Of a stretch of DNA of 64,000 nucleotides, positions 54,526 through 64,000 are shown piece by piece (the first letter of the stretch is position 1; the number at the start of each line of letters is the position of its first letter). A model generated the notes under the pieces. The model was not told where the DNA came from, searched no databases, and saw only the letters and a list, made by a program, of their open reading frames with translations. A program made the translations under genes and the position numbers. Origin of the DNA: Eledone cirrhosa (taxonomy: Eukaryota); the NCBI GenBank assembly GCA_964016885.1, contig OZ024743.1, positions 375,162,001 to 375,226,000 of the forward strand. The letters run 5' to 3'.

Positions 54526-54822
54526 GGTATATAATTAGATAGAGATATGTAGCTGCCATGTCATGTCTCAACAAATGCTATCTAGCTAGTTAGTTAGCTA
54601 ACTATGTCTACGTGAATTAGTACTAAATCGATAGATCGAACAGCTTTTCATATGATCGTAGGTGAAATTGACTATGACCTAGTATCAATACATATTAGCC
54701 CAATAAATAGTGCTGAATTCTAAAACAAAAATTAATTCAAAACCAATATTATAAGAATTGTGGTGTATTTTTAAAGTGATGGTTACTGATGTGTTAAACA
54801 ACTTTCCTATTCTCTCTCTCTT

Positions 54823-54859
<37 letters not shown>

Positions 54860-54938
54860 CCCTCTCTCTCTCTCTCTCTCTCTCAATATGCATATATATA
54901 TATATATATATAGGGTGATCCCCCCACCCCACTAAAAA

Positions 54939-55037
<99 letters not shown>

Positions 55038-55594
55038 CAAATAACGAAACGAAATTAAATTTCGTTTCGTTTGTAACTCACTTTTGTATGACTGACGCTT
55101 AAACAATTAAGTTAAAGATGTACATCCATATATGTATACTGAAATACTAGTATGTATATGAATACACACACGTATACATATGTAGATGTACCAAGTTTTT
55201 TCACTGGTCACTTTACTGTGAGTGTCCAGCTATTCTGTATGTAAACACACAGACAAACCGGTTTTTAGAGTCATACTGGTTTTTGAGGAAACACCTTTCC
55301 TCTATTCTCCAGAAAGCCAGACAAGGAATATTGAACTAGTTTCGTTGTTGTTACAACTCATCAGCAATATTTACCTATCTTCCGGCCTCTCTAGAGAATC
55401 GTAAAAGCACATATCGTTATATGCTTTTTCTATGAAAATTAGTAGTGGGCAGACTAATTTGCATAGAGTGTGAGTAAGTACCGGTTCAACGGAGACGATA
55501 AAAACAAATAACGAAACGAAATTAAATTTGATACCTGTACATGCAATATTTATTAGAATACAGTTGAAGTATCTATTCATTTTTTGGAGACACC

Positions 55595-55644
<50 letters not shown>

Positions 55645-55776
55645 CTTCCTGGTGATTTCTCCCGAATGAAACAGTTCTAGTCCTGTAAAAGCTTTTCTAT
55701 ATTAAATATTTATACTCTGCTTTATATTGAGTACCTTACTTACTGTGGTTACCCCCGATTGAACCCGGGATAAACT

Positions 55777-55840
<64 letters not shown>

Positions 55841-55845
<5 letters not shown>

Positions 55846-56329
55846 GATAACAAAAAATCGTTGTAAGTAATCCAGTTAGAGGTTGTGAATACTTCTTATT
55901 ATGGATAGTTTTAACGTATGGCGTTTCTTGACTCAACAAGAGGTTTATGTAGAAGACGAGTTTATGATTTCACTTGTATTCCTATGTAAGTTTTTCTTGG
56001 AGTAATATAATTGAAAAAGTGGAGAATAACATGGTCAACAGTACAAAAAAAGGAATTTATTTGCAGTCTAACAATTGTTTCACTGATGGAGTTGTCTAAA
56101 AATTGCGGAACACTAAAAGCAGTGCCACTCAATTTTAAACACGATGTTAACTCTACTAGATTATCGGAAACTGATCCATGATCTAGTAGAGTTAACATCG
56201 TATTTAAAATTGAGTGGCACTGCTTTTAGGGTTCAGCAATTTTTAGACAACTCCATCAGTGAAACAATTGTTAGACTGCAAATAAATCCCCTTTTTTGTA
56301 CTGTTGACCATGTTATTCTCCACTTTTTC

Positions 56330-56336
<7 letters not shown>
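55841..56336 (-). mobile_element. Penelope-like fold-back element with hammerhead 3' half, in (TA)n
   Basis: ~158-bp inverted arms 56005-56163/56178-56336 containing GAAA-CAATTG-TT-AGACTGC (56261-56279); unpaired tail 55841-56004. Confidence 0.65.
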
Positions 56337-56349
<13 letters not shown>

Positions 56350-56372
<23 letters not shown>

Positions 56373-56490
56373 ATATTAACAAATGGAAACTATATTTATA
56401 AAACCATATTTATTTTATTATACATATTTTAAAGCCCACCAAGGCAAATTATGGTGCGCTTTCATCAGATAAAATATTTATTTATAAAAC
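56350..56490 (-). mobile_element. Degenerate relative of the 40964 arm with a mutated hammerhead
   Basis: AAATGGAAACTA..TTTATAAAACCATATTTATT shared with 40980-41013; the minus strand has CTGATGA and stem II, but GAAA is mutated. Confidence 0.6.
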
Positions 56491-56743
56491 TAATCTGTAT
56501 TGTATACAGAGAGTGTATGTGTGTATATGTGTGTATATGTGTGTATGTGTGCGTGTGTGTGTGTGTGCAAACTATCGGAATTAATACTCAGTGATAGTAT
56601 CACATGCTTTCATCCCCATTGTGTCATGTAACGGCGTATACATGTATGTATAAAAGTATACATGTCTGTACACTGTACACCTGTGTATATAGCTCTATGT
56701 ATATATGTACATATAAAGGTAAATGTCTACGTATAACTATATA

Positions 56744-56779
<36 letters not shown>

Positions 56780-56870
56780 TGTATGTATGTATGTATGTAT
56801 GTATGTATGTATGTATGTATGTATGCATGTATTTATGTGAATATTTACTCATGAATCTATATATGTATGC

Positions 56871-59800
56871 ATGTATATGGACCCGGAGGGTCGACTAGTG
56901 GTTCTGGACCTTGGCAGTGGTAAAGGCGGAGCGTTTAGGTTGGTAGCCGCCTACTGCCCTTTCGGGTCAATGCGGCCGGACTTCTTCCATCGTCTGGAGA
57001 CTTTTCTAGGGACGTCCCGCTCCTTGCTATTAGTGGGGGACTGGAATGGTATCCTAGATGCACGCTGGGACTACGTAGGGGCCTGCCCCGATAGAGAGGG
57101 GTGTAATAGCCTCAAAGGGTTAATCGGTCGATTTGACCTGGCCGATAGATATCGACTAGATTTTCCGACTGCGCCAACCTGGACTTGGGCAAATCGTAGC
57201 GGATCATCTAGGTCGTACCTAGATAGGTTCTTAGTTAGAATTAAGGATAAGGACTTTTTAAGTTGTCCAAAAATGCGCATGGTTGGCTATTCAGACCACA
57301 AATTAGTGACCTGCATGGTCAACCTTGACAGAACTCATAGACAGGGCCCCGGTTACTGGAAGCTCAACTTGTCCTTACCGGCAAGTAAGGCTTACAGGAA
57401 CCGGATTAGCACTTTAGTTAAGGAGCGGTTGACGGGCGCCATCGTCAACAGCAGGTGGTGGGGATCTCTCAAAAGAGAGATTAGAGTAGTCTCTATAGAA
57501 TTTAGTAAGGAGTTAGCCTCAAATAGAAATAGGAAGGAAAGGGAGTTGGTAGATAGTGTAGAAGAGGCAATTAGAAGCGGCGACGTGGCCAGAGTGCTAG
57601 CGTCGAGAACGGCCCTGGGCCAGTTCTTCGACGCGAAACACGAAGGCTGCATCGTCCGAAGCAAAATACGTGCTCTGGGAAACGAGGGGACCAAAGCTGT
57701 TAGCTGGGCCCGCGTGACAGAAGCCAAAAGAGGGAGCAGATCCACTATCCGGTCTTTGCGAGACCAGGATGGACGGGTGATCCTTGAGCCTAAGCAGATG
57801 TGCGAGGCTTTTCAAAAGCACTTTGCCGGATTGTTCTGAAGGGGCGGGGGGCCGGTTGGGGACGTGGACTTCGGTCCATACCTCGACGGCCTGCCGCGTC
57901 TCTCGGACAGGGAGGCGAAGTCCTGCGAGGAGCCGATTTCAGCCGCTGAGATAGAGGACGTGCTGAGCCAATGCGGCAAACGCAAATCCCCGGGTCTCGA
58001 TGGTCTTCCATACAAACTATATCTAGCTATGCCGGACTTGTTCCCCGAACTCCTCGAGGCGGTCTACTGCAACTGGCAACAGAACGGGAGAATTCCCTGT
58101 GCTGTGACCAAGGGCGTAGTCACACTAGTGAGGAAGGACGAGAACAAGGGGGACGATATAAATAATTTCAGGCCCATAACTCTGCTAAATACAGAGTTAC
58201 AGATTTTGGCCAAGGTGCTAGCAAAGAGGTTGGCGCTTGTCGTGGGCAACCTGGTGGGAGATGCGCAGACATGTGCTATCCCGTCCAGGTCCATCCACGA
58301 TAACCTCCACCTCATGCGATACATCATAGAGAGGGTTGGGAACGAACCCGGCTTTGGTGGGGCCCTGATCAACTTGGATCAATCTAAGGCATTCGATAGG
58401 GTCAACCATGGTTACCTGGATGCGGTGCTAGCGGCGGCAGGCTTCGGACCCGTTTTCAGGGGCTGGATCAATGCCATGCACAGCAGCCGCATCTGCTCTA
58501 GGGTCAAGGTGAACGGCTACCTCTCGGAGCCGTTCAAAATCGCGCGGTCCATCCGACAGGGGTGCCCTCTCTCCTCCCTTCTGTATGTAGTGACTCTAGA
58601 GCCACTGCTGCGGAAGTTGGAGTTGTTGCAGGGCATCCCGTTGGAACCGGGATTGCGGAAAGCGGTGTCAGCCTACGCCGATGACGTAACAATAATGGTG
58701 TCGACGGCCTCGGAAATCAGGGCGATCGGCACCTTACTGGAGGAATACGAAAGGTTTACAGGGGCTAAGCTGAACCGGGACAAGTCGATCGGTCTGCAAC
58801 TCGGCACGTGGAGGGGCATATCGATGCCCTCCGATGGCATCGTCGGGCGCTGGACGGAGGGCCCGGTGAAGTTGCTCGGGGTCTGATTCGGACCAGACCT
58901 CCAGGTGGAGAAGAACTGGGGTGAGGTAACGAACAGGGTGTTTGCACTGACCCAGAAGTGGGCCGAGTGCAAACTGTCCCTGAAAGGTCGGGCGGAGGTG
59001 GCGAACACTTATATAGCGTCCGTCATCTACTATCGCCTGACCGTTGTGCCTTGCCCAAGGGAAACGCTAGCCAAAATGGAGCGCGCACTCTTCCAATTCC
59101 TTTGGAAGAAGCGGGCTCCTATGGTGAGGAGATCCATCTGCTGTCAACACCCTTCGAAAGGAGGGCTGGGGATGCCGTGGCTAATGATACGTAAACACGC
59201 ATTAAGGCTACGGCACCTTCAGGTATTCCTCTCCGGTCAACCGGTGTGGGCCCCGTTTGTGAGGCGAGCCTTTCCCAGACTCGTCTCACTCACCGAGCTG
59301 CAATCCTGGATCAAACAAAGACCGAGAAAACTGGGCGCCTGGCACACCGAGTGTGCCCAGGCACTCACGGCTCTCTGGCAGGCGGACCCGGCTGTCAGTG
59401 GAGAATCCATCTCGTCATTCTATAGAGGGCTAGTGGTTAGCAGGTGCGACGACGCCCTCGGAGAAGCCCTAGGCATGGAGGAAGACGAACTGGCCAACCT
59501 GTTCGGTAGGACATTCAGCCCGGGACCCATGGATAACTTCCAGAGGTCCCTGGCCTGGCAATGCTACAGAAGGGCTCTGCCCGTTCGAGAAAGGCTCTAC
59601 AGACACGGGCGCCCGGGTAGGGACCCATCGAAAAAGATCTGTCCCAGATGCGTGTGCGACGAGGAAACCGTTGCACACGCATTGGTACACTACTCGGGCA
59701 TTGCCGATCTGTGGGGTTATGTCGAACAACTGCTGTCAAGGGTGGGACCAATCCGGTTGACCACCGAGTCTATTGTAACGATCAAGCCGCCTCCCCTCTT

Positions 59801-60056
59801 CAAAAACGAAGGAGAGGCGGTGTTTCTGTGCGTAATAGCCATGGCGAAAGAGGTTGTATGGTGGACGCGTCTGAAAGGACTGAGGTCAGACACCTTTCTC
59901 TCTGGCCAACAACTGGTCCGTTTCTTCCGATATCATTTCGGAAGAAGGATCAGGATGGAGAGAGAGGTGCTGCACCCCAGCCGTTTCTATGAAAGATGGG
60001 TGAAAGTGGCGAGAATGGCCCGTGTGAATGGGCCTTCACTCTACATCAGACTATAG
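56871..60056 (+). pseudogene. ORF2 (APE-RT) in a single frame with two nonsense codons
   Basis: ORFs starting at 56871, 57864 and 58905 share one frame. TGA at 57837-57839 (Gly in copy 2) and 58884-58886 (Trp in copies 1 and 2). Confidence 0.92.
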
Positions 60057-60319
60057 GTGAGGAAGATGAAAGACCAAGGGAGCACCCCTTCTCTGTGCTC
60101 CTGAGGAGAAGGGTTGCACACTTTTTTCGGGGGTGTGTGCGACCCCCCAAGGCGCCTCCTCTCTATTGAGGACTTTGTTATAAATTTTATTTTTTGTTAT
60201 ATTTTATTTTATTTTTATATATTGTTATTGCCTCCTCCTTATTGAGGACGCCTTGTTTTGTAAACTCCCCCCATTGTACTTGTCCCACTTTTGATGCCCT
60301 GGTGGCAAATAAAAGAAAC
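56877..60319 (+). mobile_element. L1/Tx1-like LINE copy 3 (longest; 5'-truncated within the APE endonuclease)
   Basis: LVGDWN, YLDRFL and YSDHKL (APE); RT motifs through AYADD; C-terminal CPRC; 3'UTR ending GCCCTGGTGGCAAATAAAAGAAA. Confidence 0.97.
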
Positions 60320-60359
60320 ATATCTATGTATATATCAGCATAGACATGACTGTATATAT

Positions 60360-60361
60360 TA

Positions 60362-60407
<46 letters not shown>

Positions 60408-60414
60408 TATATAC

Positions 60415-60495
<81 letters not shown>

Positions 60496-60513
60496 CCTAT
60501 ATATACATATATT

Positions 60514-60573
<60 letters not shown>

Positions 60574-60669
60574 CATATACATATATATATATACATATAT
60601 ATACATATATTTATATACATATATATATATATACATATATACATATATACATATATATATATATATTTG

Positions 60670-60760
<91 letters not shown>

Positions 60761-60820
60761 GTATATATGTGTGTATATATATGTGTGGGTGTATATATAT
60801 ACACGTGTGTGTGTGTGTGT
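60360..60820. repeat. Interrupted (TA)n/(TACA)n field
   Basis: Directly visible. Confidence 0.95.
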
Positions 60821-61061
60821 GCAGGAATGGGTGTTCGTATGTATCTATGGATGTATATACCTGTCTGTATATATGAATGTAAATATGCAGTTAAGGCTTT
60901 AGTTATCTGTGTCTATATACACTAGACAATTATATTGTAGTTCTGTACATTAACGAGTGTATATAACAGGTAATATATACGTGATAAAATTATCTGCTGA
61001 AGATTCTATACATCTGAGAAGAGATTTATGACATGAAATATAATTTTCACTATCTACAAAT

Positions 61062-61136
<75 letters not shown>

Positions 61137-61140
<4 letters not shown>

Positions 61141-61331
61141 AAAAAGTATGACCCCGACGGCAGAGCTCAAGCCGTTTCGACGGCTATTTCTGGACTCCAG
61201 AAATAGCCGTTGAAACGGCTTGAGCTCTGCCGTCGGGGTTATACTTTTTCCTACTACCCACTCTACTACCCTAAGTATTAAGTACTCTGGTGCGTTATGG
61301 TCCATCTGGTTCCTTACCACATTGCCTTCGT

Positions 61332-61333
<2 letters not shown>
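61137..61333 (+). mobile_element. Penelope-like fold-back element (family of 15101) in (TA)n
   Basis: Palindrome centred at 61195 with arms to 61137 and 61253; GAAA-CGGCTTGAGCTCTGCCG-TC-GGGG; tail 61254-61333. Confidence 0.7.
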
Positions 61334-61363
<30 letters not shown>

Positions 61364-61704
61364 TATATATATATATAAATATACATATATATATACATAT
61401 ATATGATTATATTTACACACATATATATATATATGTATATTTAAACACACATGCACGCACACATAAGTGTGTGTGTGTGTGTGTCTACATATATATATAT
61501 GTGAGTGTGTGTGTGTGTATGTATGTATATATTTAATATATGTATGTATATATATATACAAATCTACCAGTCTGTTTCGTTTCTAACTTCCTCTCTTCTC
61601 TCTGTCTCGTCTTCACAAGCATACACTTACATATATACACCTGTGTACGTGTGCCTGCACACATACACACATACATAAATACACACACAGACACACACAG
61701 AGAC

Positions 61705-61754
<50 letters not shown>

Positions 61755-62408
61755 ACACACACACACACACACAGTCACGTACATACTTACTACACACGTA
61801 CATACACACGCATGCATGCATACCCGAATAGCGAAACATCGTTAAGAGATATAAACAGATCAGTGGTGACTCATTTCTGCAGTGAGGTAACTTGTAAATA
61901 CACAACACAGCTCTGTGTCGACAAGCTTGTTACCAGTTAAAAATCGATACATTTGGTTATTTTAAGCGGGAACATTATTTACATAATACAGGTAAGTTGC
62001 TTGAGATCCAATCCGGCCACACGGTTTCGATTGCCACAGTAGTATTCACTGCACTTAGAATGTAATGTCACTATATTCTCTGGAAATATAAAATAATGTA
62101 GTTATGCTGAACATGCCATCGCAGCAGTCTGTGATAATGTCTTTTAAAAGAAAAAAAAAGAAGAACAACAACAAAGAAACTATGTAATATTTTGTGATAC
62201 TTTTTATCGAAATATGTGTTATTTATTGTGTTGGATTTTTTCGTTTGTTGTTGTTACTGTTGTTGTTGTTGTTGTTGTTTAACCCCAGGTCAGGCCTACC
62301 TGCTCCAGATATCCAATTAGGAAACAATCTCCAGCCAGCTGTCATATCCGGCTTTGCTGTGCATCTCATTTTTACAGTCACGTACACACGCACGCATACA
62401 CACACACG

Positions 62409-62440
<32 letters not shown>

Positions 62441-62755
62441 TACAGACACACACACACACATATACATATATATATATATATATATAGATAGATAGATATA
62501 TAGATACATATATATATATATAGATACATATATATATAGAGAGATAGAGAGATATATAGATATATATACATATATATACATATAGATATATAGATATATA
62601 TACATATATATACATACATATATATATATATGCGATGAAATACCTATGATCGTTTGGTAAATCACTGATGAGGGACTCATTTTATAACATGATATCCATC
62701 TGCAACCATGCAGTATTCTTCTCACCCATATTTTTCATATATATATATATATATA

Positions 62756-62923
62756 TAACGGAGGAAATGTGGTAAGGAACCAGGTGGACCATAAAGCACC
62801 AAAGTACTCAATACTTAGGGTAGTAGAGTGGGTAGAGTATTTGAAATACCAGGATAAAAATTTTCATTTAGTCCAGAATTAGCCGTCGAAACGGCTTGAG
62901 CTCAGCCGTCGGGGTCCTACTCG

Positions 62924-62926
<3 letters not shown>
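62756..62926. mobile_element. Penelope-like inverted remnant (family of 15101): tail on minus, hammerhead 3' half on plus
   Basis: 62756-62835 matches 15101-15180 and 62870-62926 matches 15245-15301; (TA)n on both sides. Confidence 0.7.
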
Positions 62927-62979
<53 letters not shown>

Positions 62980-63076
62980 TTATCTTTGAATATTTACTCC
63001 AGTAACTTGTTGAGTGCTCTATATTAGTTATAAACATTTATGTTTGTCGGAATTCCAACAAATTAAATACAACTCT

Positions 63077-63123
<47 letters not shown>

Positions 63124-63169
63124 GTATATGTAAATGAAATAATTATCTTATAATTATCTTATAATTATC

Positions 63170-63239
<70 letters not shown>

Positions 63240-63282
63240 CTCTTATATCTGTTTTCCTTTTTCTCATCCACTTACATTTTAC

Positions 63283-63347
<65 letters not shown>

Positions 63348-64000
63348 ATATATATATATATATCTGTGTGTGTGAACGCGCGCCCGCGTGTATGTGTGTG
63401 AAAGTGTGTGTCTGCATGTGTATTTGGAAATAGAATTAGAAGCTTTCGCCGTACTTTTCACAATAGGAAATAGTCTATTAACAGGGCATATAATCCCCCA
63501 GAACGGAAACAAATGGACATCAGCCCGTGTGGGGTTCAAAGTCACACCTCGTGTTAACCGGACAAGCGGGCTACTGATTACACCAATATATATATATATA
63601 TTTTTTTTTTGCTATTTCAAATTGACCTATTTTGTTACGTTTTGAGACAAACCCCGTATTTTATTTTGGTTCTTTTTAGAACATCCACTACCTAGGTCTG
63701 ATTTAACTCTTGCGGGGCACGGGGCACTTTAGTTTTGTGGAGCTGTTCATACACACAAAAAGGGTAGAATACACAGCAAACCCACCAATTTTACATATCA
63801 AAGTCAGCTTGGTACAAGTAATTGGAATTGAAAAGTTAGACATACAAGTATCAAATTCAAAAATTCTACCCATCCTTAAAATAAAATACCATCAGAGGGC
63901 ACAAATAAATTGCTACGGCCGTCGCTTGTCGGGACCTCCACGGCAAGGGGTCCGAGGCAAATCCCCCCCCCCCCCTGCTCCCTCCACCCCTATTAAATCC

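Noticed and set aside
55560-55600. Tc1/mariner-like terminus (..GGAGACACCCTG|TA)
   Set aside because: Only one end found; no partner TIR.
57837-58886. Programmed UGA read-through or selenocysteine in LINE ORF2
   Set aside because: Sister copies have Gly and Trp codons at these positions, so these are ordinary nonsense mutations.
62632-62700. CTGATGA with upstream GAAA as a hammerhead
   Set aside because: Stems I and II and the NUH triplet could not be assembled.

Overview
Repeat-saturated eukaryotic DNA with no recognisable host protein-coding gene, rRNA, tRNA gene or CRISPR array. The dense (TA)n/(CA)n/(TACA)n microsatellites and the SINE types suggest a coleoid cephalopod, probably octopus (inference from memory, not a database search). 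The window holds three young 5'-truncated L1/Tx1-clade LINEs and one old internally deleted one, an R4/Dong LINE fragment, an RTE LINE 3' end, five copies of a ~610-bp non-autonomous RTE-like element, two nested non-autonomous Helitrons, many tRNA-derived SINEs, a hAT MITE and four long tandem arrays (16, 34, 8 and ~53 bp units). Two signals stand out. (1) About ten short elements sit in (TA)n tracts and carry complete or half hammerhead ribozymes in an inverted (fold-back) layout, most with a shared 3' TACTC..GAGT hairpin. They look like Penelope-like pseudo-LTR remnants, and one hammerhead has a U3-A8 core covariation. (2) A 5.8-kb 16-bp satellite has expanded from about five codons inside an RTE ORF whose flanks and TSD are still readable. 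Most ORFs in the supplied track are microsatellite artefacts. All identities and copy counts are estimates by eye.
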